This document shows, piece by piece, positions 19,305-27,977 of a stretch of DNA of 64,000 nt. Source of the DNA: an uncultured Chloroflexia bacterium (lineage in GTDB: Bacteria; Chloroflexota; Limnocylindria; Limnocylindrales; CSP1-4); contig CAVVNQ010000007.1 of the NCBI GenBank assembly GCA_963749705.1, positions 64,001 through 128,000 of the forward strand. Reading direction: 5' to 3'. Below the pieces are notes generated by a model. It ran no database searches. It was given only the letters and a program-made list of their open reading frames with translations, and was not told the DNA's origin. The first letter of the stretch is position 1. The number at the start of each line of letters is the position of its first letter. The position numbers and the translations under genes are program-made.

Positions 19305-19979
19305 ATGGATCGTGACGATGTCGCCTACGCGGGCCAGCGCGAGTACACCCCGCTGTTTCTCAGGATCTACGACCCCGTGATCCTCGGCTTCCTCTCGCCG
19401 GTGGTTTGGCGGTGCCCGACGCCTCGCCTCGTGGAGGGCTACCGGCGACATCTCGGCCGGCGGCACCTCGACGTTGGCCCCGGGACCGGCTACCTCCTTG
19501 CGCATGCCGGCATGCCTGACGGCAGCCCGGTCACCCTCCTCGACCCCAACGTGAACGTCCTGCGTCACGCATCCCGCCGGCTGCGGCACCTGGACGTCAC
19601 GACCGTCGAGGCCGACGTCTGCAAGCCACTCCCCGTCCCCGGGCCGTTCGACTCCGCCGCGCTCAGCGGCGTGCTCCACTGCCTGCCCGGGCCGCTGTCG
19701 CGCAAGGCTGCCGCCGTCGCCAACGTGGCCGCCGTCCTCGCTCCGACGGGCGTCCTGTTCGGGGCGTCGATCCTCGGGCTCTCCGGGCGACACACGTGGT
19801 TGTCGCGGAGCATCCTCCGGGCCAACAGCCGGCGCGGCACGTTCGACAACCTCGGCGACACGGAGGAGGGCCTCCGGAAGATCCTCGAGGCATCGTTCGA
19901 GCAGGTGGAGCTGGAGACCGTCGGCACGATGGCCATCTTCGCGGCGAGCCATCCGCGCCCGAAGCCGTCGACCGCATGA
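19305..19979 (+). CDS. Class I SAM-dependent methyltransferase
   Basis: HLDVGPGTG, LLDPN, VLHCLPG. Confidence 0.85.
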   Translation: MDRDDVAYAGQREYTPLFLRIYDPVILGFLSPVVWRCPTPRLVEGYRRHLGRRHLDVGPGTGYLLAHAGMPDGSPVTLLDPNVNVLRHASRRLRHLDVTTVEADVCKPLPVPGPFDSAALSGVLHCLPGPLSRKAAAVANVAAVLAPTGVLFGASILGLSGRHTWLSRSILRANSRRGTFDNLGDTEEGLRKILEASFEQVELETVGTMAIFAASHPRPKPSTA

Positions 19980-20104
19980 CCCTCTGACGACGCGCGGGGT
20001 CGATGCCGATCCACGCTCCTGGTGCTGCGCCGGAGGCGCCCATGCCTCAAGAGCTGGCCGGATGGCGGCCATCGGTTCGCTGCGGCCGGCCGTGCCGGCG
20101 GCGG

Positions 20105-20773
20105 TCAGCGGCTCGACAGCTGTCCCAGGTCGGAGCCCGGCGTCGGCAGCTCGATGGGCGAGGGGACCGCGGACGGCTCAGCGCTCTCGAACAGGTACTG
20201 GAACTCGGGCCCGTTGTGGCAGATCCAGCAGCTGTCGCGGCCCTGCATGTCCGCGGGCAGCGGGGCGTGCTCGTCGACGCCGTGGCACGACGTGCAGGGC
20301 CGGTCCACGCCCATGTGCTCGGGTCGCATCGGGGCGAGGCTGCCGTCGGCGGTCGTGGTCGCGGGGACCTGGTGGCACACCAGGCAGTCGTCCTTGTGGA
20401 GGCTCGAGTGACCGGGTGCCGTCTGGACCAGCCCGTCCGGCTTGTGGCATGCGGTGCAGTCACGGAAGCCCCACAGCGGGTGGCCGAGCTTGGGGATGGC
20501 CTTGGTGCCGACCGCGCCCGCGTCGGTCAGGTGGCAGGCGCCGCAGTCCGAGCCGGCCGGGATCTCGATCCCGATCGGTGACAGCGCCATCGCGGAGCGC
20601 TCCGTGGGGACCGGCGTGGGCGTCGCCTCGGAGGCCGCGGCGTGGTCCGCCGACGCGCCGGTCAGGTCGGGCAGCGCCACGATCGCGAGATACCCGGCGA
20701 CCAAGCAGATCGCGACCACCAGCACCGTGACGCTGACCCGGTAGGCGTGACCGGCGAGCGCGCGGCCGATCAT
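20105..20773 (-). CDS. Membrane-anchored pentaheme cytochrome c
   Basis: N-terminal TM helix; CGACH, CTACH, CLVCH, CTSCH, CWICH. Confidence 0.88.
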   Translation of the reverse strand: MIGRALAGHAYRVSVTVLVVAICLVAGYLAIVALPDLTGASADHAAASEATPTPVPTERSAMALSPIGIEIPAGSDCGACHLTDAGAVGTKAIPKLGHPLWGFRDCTACHKPDGLVQTAPGHSSLHKDDCLVCHQVPATTTADGSLAPMRPEHMGVDRPCTSCHGVDEHAPLPADMQGRDSCWICHNGPEFQYLFESAEPSAVPSPIELPTPGSDLGQLSSR

Positions 20774-22062
20774 GACGCCGCCTCGGCGGTTTCATGGGTG
20801 GCGTGGTGGCGGGTCCACGGCAGCGAGAACCCGACATGCGCGTCGGTGTCGCCCATGTCGACGTAGCGCTCGATCAGGGTGTAGGTGAACGCGAGCAGCG
20901 CCAGGGCGCCCGCGATGATCGCGATCTCCACCGGTGACGGCGTGTACGACGCGTACGGATATGAGACCGTGCCGACGGCCGTCGTGGTCGGTGCGATCTG
21001 GCCGCCGGCGACGAACGTCATGCGGTCCACGAACACGCCGACCAGCGCCAGGACCGACGCCGCGATCATGCCGCCCGGGGTTCGCGTGCGCGGCAGCAGG
21101 ACGAGCACCATCGGCACCACCAGCCCGGCCGCGATCCGGATGCCCCAGAACTGCCAGGCCATCGGGCCCAACACCAGGGCCTCGGTCGCCGCCCGGAGCC
21201 CCCGCTCCGCGCCGGTCAGCCCGACGATGACCTCGCGGCCGACGAGCAACGAGACGAGCACCAGCCCGACCGTGAGCAGCAGTCGGATCGACGGGATGGC
21301 CACGCTTGCCGCGCGCTCGGCACCCTCGAGCCCGAACCGATGGACGGCGTAGAACACGATGCCCAGCAGCGAGGTGCCGGCGAGGAACGCGGAGGCGACC
21401 ATCAGCACCGGTGTGAACGGCCCGTGCCAGAACGGCTTGGCGGCGACCACGCCGAACACCGCGCCCAGGGTGGCGGGGGCGAGGATCGCGATGCCGGCCG
21501 CCATCGTGCACGCGGCCTGGTGGATCTTGGGATGGTCGGTGAACATGCTCCACACCTCGACCAGGAGCACGCACAGGTAGGCGCCGTAGAACACGCCCAT
21601 CCACCACATCGGCGATGACGGCGACGGCACGAGCACGGCGCCGAACACCATCCGCACCGGGTAGTGGAGATCGAGCGCGATGATCCCGAACGCCGTCGTG
21701 AGGCTGAGCACGGCGAGGATCGCGTGGCGCTTCTCGAGCGGTCGGAAGCGCTCGATGCCGAACACCGTGCCCAGCGACGACGCCAGGCACAGGCCGCTGG
21801 TCATGATCGCGAAGAACACGTAGCCGACGATCAGCAGGCCCCACTCGAAGCTGGGCGAGGTCCCGAAGACCTCCCAGCCGGGCGGGATCGCGATCAGCGC
21901 GGCCACGGCGCCGACGGCCATCACGGCCGACAGGCCGGCCAGCCACAGCCGCAGGCCGAGCGACATGCTCCGCACCTCGCGAACGAGGGCTGCCACGGCT
22001 GCGTGCGGCTCGATCGGCACGACGTACCGGCCGAGCGTCAGGGTGTGTCCGGTCGCCTGCAT
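20770..22062 (-). CDS. NrfD/PsrC/DsrP-family quinol-interacting membrane subunit
   Basis: WGLLIVGYVFF, DLHYPVR, SPMWW, PFWH, Y.PSPVE; about 10 TM. Confidence 0.88.
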   Translation of the reverse strand: MQATGHTLTLGRYVVPIEPHAAVAALVREVRSMSLGLRLWLAGLSAVMAVGAVAALIAIPPGWEVFGTSPSFEWGLLIVGYVFFAIMTSGLCLASSLGTVFGIERFRPLEKRHAILAVLSLTTAFGIIALDLHYPVRMVFGAVLVPSPSSPMWWMGVFYGAYLCVLLVEVWSMFTDHPKIHQAACTMAAGIAILAPATLGAVFGVVAAKPFWHGPFTPVLMVASAFLAGTSLLGIVFYAVHRFGLEGAERAASVAIPSIRLLLTVGLVLVSLLVGREVIVGLTGAERGLRAATEALVLGPMAWQFWGIRIAAGLVVPMVLVLLPRTRTPGGMIAASVLALVGVFVDRMTFVAGGQIAPTTTAVGTVSYPYASYTPSPVEIAIIAGALALLAFTYTLIERYVDMGDTDAHVGFSLPWTRHHATHETAEAAS

Positions 22063-22065
22063 CGA

Positions 22066-23274
22066 TCAGGCCTCCTCGATGGCCGGTCCGAGGTACAGCA
22101 CGCGCGGGCGGGTGCCGTACTCGGGATGAAGCTGCTTTGGGTTGCGCTCGCGGACGAGCGTCGCGATCTCGCTGGCGGGATCGTTCGCGTCGCCGAAGCG
22201 GCGGGCGCCGACGGGGCAGACCTCGACGCACGCGGGCTTGCCGCCACGGCTGATGCGGTGGTAGCACCAGGTGCACTTGTCGGCGACGCCGGGCGTGCCG
22301 TTGGGGGCGTCGGGCCCGGCCGGAACGATGTACCGGGCGCCGTACGGGCAGGCCACCACGCAGAAGCCGCAACCGATGCACCGGCTGGCGTCGACCAGGA
22401 TCACGCCGTCCTCGGTCCGATACGTGGCGCCGACGGGGCAGACCGCGGTGCACGGCGAGTCCTCGCACTGCATGCACAGGCGCGGCTCGAAGAAGGCGGA
22501 CTCGACGGCCTTGCCTGCGGCCCCGGGGGCGGTCGACCGGGGCGGGAACCCGTACATCCCGGCCTCGGGCGAGTCCACGAACAGCTCGCCGTCGGTGGTC
22601 GTGACGTGCCGCTCGACCCAGGTCCGCGTGTAGGCGGCTTCCTCGGGCACGTTGTTCTCTTCCTTGCAGGCGACGACGCACAGCCCGCAGCCGATGCAGG
22701 CGGCGGTGTCGACGACGAAGGTCCATGCCTTCGAGGCGGGGTCGTATGTCGACACGATCGGCGATGCGGCGTCCGAGGTGTCATCGAACACCGGGAACAG
22801 GCGGGCCAGCGAGCCCGCGCCCGCGAGGCCACCGGCCAGGGCGAGCCCGAAGCCGAGGAACGCACGTCGTGAGAGCGATGCCTCGATGATGGCGGGGGCG
22901 ATGTCCTCGAGCGGGACCAGCCCGGTGGCGTCCGGGGCGGGCGACACCGGATCGGCGACCGGCAGGGCCTCGAGGGCCTCGGAGGCGACCGCCGGCGCGA
23001 TGTCGCCGGCAGGGTCGGGTTCAGGCTGGACCGGCTCGGCTGCGATCGGCTCCGGCGCGGCGGCTGCCGGCTGAGGCTCGGCGATCGGCTCGGGCTCCGG
23101 CTCGGCGGTGGTGGGCTCGGGCTCGGGCTCGGCGGCTGCGGGCTCCGGCGCTGGGGCGATGGCGACAGGCTCGGCCTCGAGGGCAGGCTCGGTCACCACC
23201 GGCTCGGCCACCTCGTCCGATGTTGCCGGCTCGCCCGGCGCCAGGATGTCGTCGGAATGCATCGAACCGCTCAT
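22066..23274 (-). CDS. NrfC/DmsB/DsrO-like 4x[4Fe-4S] protein with internal Tat motif and long acidic N-terminal extension
   Basis: CIGCGLCVVAC, CMQCEDSPCTAVCP, CIGCGFCVVACP, KCTWC..PACVEVCP; SRRAFL. Confidence 0.9.
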   Translation of the reverse strand: MSGSMHSDDILAPGEPATSDEVAEPVVTEPALEAEPVAIAPAPEPAAAEPEPEPTTAEPEPEPIAEPQPAAAAPEPIAAEPVQPEPDPAGDIAPAVASEALEALPVADPVSPAPDATGLVPLEDIAPAIIEASLSRRAFLGFGLALAGGLAGAGSLARLFPVFDDTSDAASPIVSTYDPASKAWTFVVDTAACIGCGLCVVACKEENNVPEEAAYTRTWVERHVTTTDGELFVDSPEAGMYGFPPRSTAPGAAGKAVESAFFEPRLCMQCEDSPCTAVCPVGATYRTEDGVILVDASRCIGCGFCVVACPYGARYIVPAGPDAPNGTPGVADKCTWCYHRISRGGKPACVEVCPVGARRFGDANDPASEIATLVRERNPKQLHPEYGTRPRVLYLGPAIEEA

Positions 23275-23957
23275 CGTGTCCCCGGCTCGTCATCGGGGCC
23301 GCGGCCCGCCGCGTGGCAGTCGAGGCACAGGCTGTCGTCCGAGGTGCCGGCCGGATGCCGCTGATTGCGCTGCTTGAACCCCTCGGGTCCGTGGCAGGTG
23401 AGGCACGGCGGCAGCTTATCGAGCGGGTGGGTGACGACCGGCGGCCGCATCGCGATGGCGGTATGGGGGTCGTGGCAGTCGAGGCAGGCCGAGACGTAGT
23501 GGTCGGCAGGGACGATCTGCCGGAGACCTGCCGGGCGGCCGTCCGCCTGGACGTGGCATTTCACACAGACCTCGTCGGTCGGGACCGCGACGGCGACCGT
23601 GGATCCGGCGGCATCGGGGCTGGCCAGCGTGTGTGCGAGCAGCGGACCATGGCAGCTCTGGCAGCCGATCCCGGCGTGGTTCGCGGACGACGCCTTCGCA
23701 GCCTCCGGCGCGTGGCAGCTGGCGCAGATGCCGCTGCTCGCGAACGACTCGTCAAGCGCTGCCCAGTGCCGGGCGTTCACGTCTCGGTGGAGGCTGAAGT
23801 CGAGGTACGGCGACCAGGCCATCACTGCGCCCGCGAACATGACCACGGACAGGACCGCCGCGCCGGCAAGGATCGCAACGACCCCGAGCGCGCCACCGCG
23901 GCGCGTCCTCGGGCGGACGCTCTGCCAGGCGGTCCTGGCGCGCAGCAGCGGGCTCAC
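23271..23957 (-). CDS. Membrane-anchored hexaheme cytochrome c
   Basis: TM helix; CASCH, CQSCH, CVKCH, CLDCH, CLTCH, CLDCH. Confidence 0.88.
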   Translation of the reverse strand: MSPLLRARTAWQSVRPRTRRGGALGVVAILAGAAVLSVVMFAGAVMAWSPYLDFSLHRDVNARHWAALDESFASSGICASCHAPEAAKASSANHAGIGCQSCHGPLLAHTLASPDAAGSTVAVAVPTDEVCVKCHVQADGRPAGLRQIVPADHYVSACLDCHDPHTAIAMRPPVVTHPLDKLPPCLTCHGPEGFKQRNQRHPAGTSDDSLCLDCHAAGRGPDDEPGTR

Positions 23958-24670
23958 AGGTTCGCCGGGTTGAGCAGGCCGCGGCGGATGGTGAACCGGA
24001 GCAGCTCCACGCGGTCGTGGAGGCCGAGCTTCTCCATCATGTTGGCCCGGTGGTAGTGGACGGTCTGCTCGGACAGCTGGAGCGACCGCGCGATGTCACG
24101 ATTGGTGTGTCCCATCGAGGCGAGCAGCAGGATCTCCCGCTCGCGCTCCGACAGCGTCTCGTACGGATCATCGAGCGAGGCATCCGGGCTGTGCCGCACG
24201 TAGGTGTCGACGATGCGGGTGACGATCGCGGGGCTCACGTACGTGTGCCCGGCCGCGACGCTGCGCACCGCCTCGACGACCTCGCCCTCCATCGTCTCGC
24301 GGGTGAGGAACCCGTTGGCGCCCGCCTTGAGGGCCACCGAGAACTGCTCGGCCGCGCACCGGCAGTCGAGCGCGATGATCCGGGTATGGGGACAGGCGGC
24401 GCGCACGACGCCGATCGCATCGAACGTTGCGCAGCCGAGGCCACCGAACGCCTCGCATTCCATGACCACGACATCGGCCGATGCCGCCTGGATGTCCTCG
24501 ATCATGGTGTCGCGACTGGTGACCTGGCCGATCACGCGCATGTCGGGCTCGCGCTCGATCACGTCCCGGAATGCCGTCGCGAGCAGCGGGAAGTCGACGA
24601 TGGCGAGCAGCACGCCGAGCTGGGACACGACCTGCCCCGCGCGACCGGCCGCGTCGTGGGTGGTGGACAC
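23954..24670 (-). CDS. NarL/LuxR-type response regulator with atypical receiver domain
   Basis: LSEREREIL...LSEQTVHYHRANMMEKL HTH; receiver residues degenerate. Confidence 0.85.
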   Translation of the reverse strand: MSTTHDAAGRAGQVVSQLGVLLAIVDFPLLATAFRDVIEREPDMRVIGQVTSRDTMIEDIQAASADVVVMECEAFGGLGCATFDAIGVVRAACPHTRIIALDCRCAAEQFSVALKAGANGFLTRETMEGEVVEAVRSVAAGHTYVSPAIVTRIVDTYVRHSPDASLDDPYETLSEREREILLLASMGHTNRDIARSLQLSEQTVHYHRANMMEKLGLHDRVELLRFTIRRGLLNPANL

Positions 24671-24683
24671 GTGACCGGCCCGC

Positions 24684-25025
24684 TCAGCGCTGCAGCGGCT
24701 CGTGGTTGGTGGGCTCGTGATGGCGGACGACGGCCGCCCAGCCGAACGGCATGAGCACCATCAGCACCGTGACCACGAACGCGCCCGCCATGGCGGCCGT
24801 CGACCCGAAGGCGAACAGCAGGATGTGGAGCAGGATGAACGCCGCGGCCGACCCGCACCACAGGGTCAGGGTCACCAGCCCGATCCAGGCCGCGACCCGC
24901 GCGGCACGACCGCCGCGTGCACCCAACGCCAGCCACGCAACCAGGCCGACAACCCCCTCGACGAGGATCACGATCGGCAGGATCAGCGCGATATCTTCCG
25001 TGACTTCCCCGATCTGCATGGCCAT
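24684..25025 (-). CDS. Small 3-TM membrane protein
   Basis: Three hydrophobic segments; RBS GGGAGAG; first gene of the cytochrome operon. Confidence 0.6.
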   Translation of the reverse strand: MAMQIGEVTEDIALILPIVILVEGVVGLVAWLALGARGGRAARVAAWIGLVTLTLWCGSAAAFILLHILLFAFGSTAAMAGAFVVTVLMVLMPFGWAAVVRHHEPTNHEPLQR

Positions 25026-25264
25026 CTCTCCCGCCGTGTGTCGGTTCCCATTACCAATTGCTGCGGTGATCGTCGGACGGACAGGGCGATCGGGACCAGA
25101 TACGCCGGCTGGCTGGTGCGGCAGCGGGTGTGCCGAACATGGACGACGCGGGTGCGTCCCATGGCAACGGCCGTCGACATCCGGGCAACGCGGGTGAGGT
25201 CATGCGGCGACGAGCGTCGGCTTCCGCGTGACGGCTGTTCGAGCTGAACGGCGCGAGTGCGGCG

Positions 25265-27376
25265 TCAGGCCGGGTTCGTGCCGGCTCCCGGGAGGACATC
25301 GTCCGTGATGCCCGTCGATGCGGCCGTGCTGACGAAGGCCACGGCCGGGTCGACCGGGCCGAGCAGCGCCTCGACGGCCGGCTGGGCGTCGGGCGTGGCG
25401 AAGATCGAGACGTGATCGCCGGGCGTCAGCCGGAGATCGCCGCGGGGCACGAGCAGCGCCCCGTCGCGCTCGATCGCCACCAGCACGGCCTCGCGCGGCC
25501 ACGGGATGTCGGCGACCCGGTGGGCCGCCAGCGGCGAGCCGGCCAGGAGCTCCGTCTCGATGATCACGCCCCCCGTCCGCAGGCCTCGCACCTGGCGGAT
25601 GTTCCCGTGCAGCGCCCCCCGGTATGCGGACATCGCGTCGCGCACGGACAGAACGCCCGCGAGCCGGCCACCCGCGGAGACCGGTGCCCAGGATCTGCGG
25701 TGATCGGCGAGCGACCCGAGCGCGTCGTCGAGGCCGTCGTCGGCGGCCAGGATCGGCTCGCGCACGATGGCAGACGACGGGATCGGCTCGCCCTCGGGCA
25801 GGTGTTCCAGGGTCTCGAGGTCGATCAGCCCGGCGACCGTTCCGTCGCGGCCGATGATCGGCGCCCCCGGAGCGCCGAGCGCCTCCATCCGGGCCCGCGC
25901 GGTCCCCACCGTGTCCCCGACGTTGACGACGACCCGCGCCTGCCGCGCCGCATCGCCCACCGGGACCGCGGCCAGCAGGGGCATCGCGAACCGGAAGCGG
26001 TGTGCGGGTGAGTCCGCGCGAGTCGCCAGCTGGCTGCTGTAGATCGACTTCTGCCCGACGATGAACGTGGCGAGGCCGACCGCGACCATCGCCGGGGCCA
26101 GCATCGACAGGTTGCCCGTCATCTCGGCCACCATCAGCATCACCGCCAGCGGTGCGTGGGCGACGCTGCCGAACAGGGCCATCATGGCCACGATCACGAA
26201 CGGCGCCGGCTCGGCGGGGATCGCGGGTGCGATCGGCTCCAGCAGGCGCCAGATCCCGGCACCCAGCAGGCCGCCGACCACCATCCCCGGGCCGAAGATG
26301 CCGCCCGACCCGCCCGAGCCGATCGACAGCGAGGTCGCCAGGATCTTGGCGAACGGGAGGGCCAGGATGATCCACAGGTCCATGCCCAGCAGCGTCTGCC
26401 GGTCGAGGCCCACCTGGACGAACCCGTAGCCCGTGCCCAGGGCGCCGGGGAGGATCAGGCCGATGCAGCCGACCGCGAAGCCGGCGATCGCGGGTCGCAG
26501 CGCGCGGGGCATCCGCCACCGTCCGAACCACGCCGTGAGACCGTAGAAGTTGCGGATGTAGAGCAGGCCCACTAGGCCGCACACGAGACCGATCAGCGCA
26601 TACCAGGGGAGCTCTGCCGGGTTCGAGAACCCGAACCGCGCCTGCGTCCCGAAGATCGGGCTGAACCCCTCGACGGCGCCGAAGATCGAGTACGCGACGA
26701 TGGTCGCGATGAACGACGGCACCAGCGCCTCGGACTCGACGTCGTCGCGGTAGAGCAGCTCGGCGCCCAGGATCGCGCCGCCCAGCGGCGCCCGGAAGAT
26801 CGCGCCGATGCCCGCCGCCATGCCGACGGCAACGGCGATCCGCGCGTCGCGTGCGTCGAGGTCGAGGGCGCGTCCGAGGAACGAGCCGAACCCCGCGCTG
26901 ATCTGCGCCGTCGGGCCCTCGCGGCCGCCGGACCCGCCGGATCCGATCGTGACCGCCGAGGCGACCAGCTTGATCAACGGGATCCGGGCCCGGATCCCGC
27001 GGGGGCGATGGTGGTACGCGGCGATGGCCGCGTCCGTGCCGTGGCCCTCGGCCTCGGGCGCCAGGCGGAACACGATCACCCCCGAGATCAACCCGCCCAG
27101 GGCCACCACCAGCGGGATGGCCCAGGGACGGGCGGCGTCGGTGATGAGCGCCCCGCCCTCGCCGGCGGGCGTGGGTGGGACGTAGCCGGCGAGCCCACCC
27201 AGGAAGACCTGTGTCGCAAGCTCCAGCGCCGCGTAGAACACGATCGCGCCCAGCCCGCCGACGACGCCGATCAGGGCGCCGAGGACGACCCACTTGCGCA
27301 GGTAGCTCGCGGAACGGATCCGCTGCTGGAGCAGGCGCCGCCAGCTGTTGACCTGGCTCGCGACAACGGCGCTCAC
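25265..27376 (-). CDS. ClC chloride channel/H+-Cl- antiporter with CBS pair and TrkA-C (RCK_C) domain
   Basis: GHGTD, GSGGREGP, GSGGIFGP, AEMTG; C-terminal GSPLA..VLVAIERDG..VPRGD.RLTPGD; GTGA overlap with MarR stop. Confidence 0.9.
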   Translation of the reverse strand: MSAVVASQVNSWRRLLQQRIRSASYLRKWVVLGALIGVVGGLGAIVFYAALELATQVFLGGLAGYVPPTPAGEGGALITDAARPWAIPLVVALGGLISGVIVFRLAPEAEGHGTDAAIAAYHHRPRGIRARIPLIKLVASAVTIGSGGSGGREGPTAQISAGFGSFLGRALDLDARDARIAVAVGMAAGIGAIFRAPLGGAILGAELLYRDDVESEALVPSFIATIVAYSIFGAVEGFSPIFGTQARFGFSNPAELPWYALIGLVCGLVGLLYIRNFYGLTAWFGRWRMPRALRPAIAGFAVGCIGLILPGALGTGYGFVQVGLDRQTLLGMDLWIILALPFAKILATSLSIGSGGSGGIFGPGMVVGGLLGAGIWRLLEPIAPAIPAEPAPFVIVAMMALFGSVAHAPLAVMLMVAEMTGNLSMLAPAMVAVGLATFIVGQKSIYSSQLATRADSPAHRFRFAMPLLAAVPVGDAARQARVVVNVGDTVGTARARMEALGAPGAPIIGRDGTVAGLIDLETLEHLPEGEPIPSSAIVREPILAADDGLDDALGSLADHRRSWAPVSAGGRLAGVLSVRDAMSAYRGALHGNIRQVRGLRTGGVIIETELLAGSPLAAHRVADIPWPREAVLVAIERDGALLVPRGDLRLTPGDHVSIFATPDAQPAVEALLGPVDPAVAFVSTAASTGITDDVLPGAGTNPA

Positions 27377-27858
27377 GCGTACCGCTCGAGCTCGGTGGCC
27401 ACCGACCGGAGGCCCGAGGCGAGGTCGACGCGGCCCCGGTCCGGCAGCACCCCGGCGATCCCGCGCAGCGCCGCCCGCCGGTGGTCGAGGATCGCCGCCC
27501 GGACCTGTTGTCCGCGTTCGGTCAAGCGTGCTCGTGTCGCGCGCCGGTCCAGCTCGTCCACGGCGAGCGCGGTCAGCCCTCGACCCTCGAGCCGGCGCAG
27601 CAGCCGGCTCGTCGCCGGCAGCGTGCCGCCCACCCTGGCTGCGACCTCGCCGATCCGGGCGCCATCCTCCGCCTCGCCCAGGACCAGGATCGCGCGCCAT
27701 TGCGGGAACGTGAGCTCGAACCCGGCATCGGTGCTCGCAAGCGATCGGGTGGTGAGGCCGACGGCCCCGACCACGATCCGTTCCAGGTCGTCGGTCAGGG
27801 CGTCTGCGTCCGGGTGACCGGGACCGGGGCGTCGTGTGGCGGGTTCGAGCGTCGGCAT
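27373..27858 (-). CDS. MarR family transcriptional regulator
   Basis: LTFPQWRAIL, ATSRLLRRLEGRGL, DRRATRARLT. Confidence 0.85.
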   Translation of the reverse strand: MPTLEPATRRPGPGHPDADALTDDLERIVVGAVGLTTRSLASTDAGFELTFPQWRAILVLGEAEDGARIGEVAARVGGTLPATSRLLRRLEGRGLTALAVDELDRRATRARLTERGQQVRAAILDHRRAALRGIAGVLPDRGRVDLASGLRSVATELERYA

Positions 27859-27977
27859 CACCTGATGATAGGGGACACAAGCCGGGTGGCTATCAATCGC
27901 ACCCAGCGCGCGCCTCGCGCGCTCGATTCCGTGGTCCGGGCGCCCGCTGCGGCATCCGCGCCCGGTAGCATCGTCGC

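Noticed and set aside
25026-25264. Riboswitch or ncRNA in the 240-bp leader of the cytochrome operon
   Set aside because: No recognisable Rfam-like consensus or terminator by eye; an Infernal search would be needed.
27862-27977. Fluoride riboswitch upstream of MarR-ClC
   Set aside because: No GGCGATGG...CTGATG-type consensus in the right orientation and the ClC lacks CLC-F motifs; only a weak TGATAG/CTATCA inverted pair is present.
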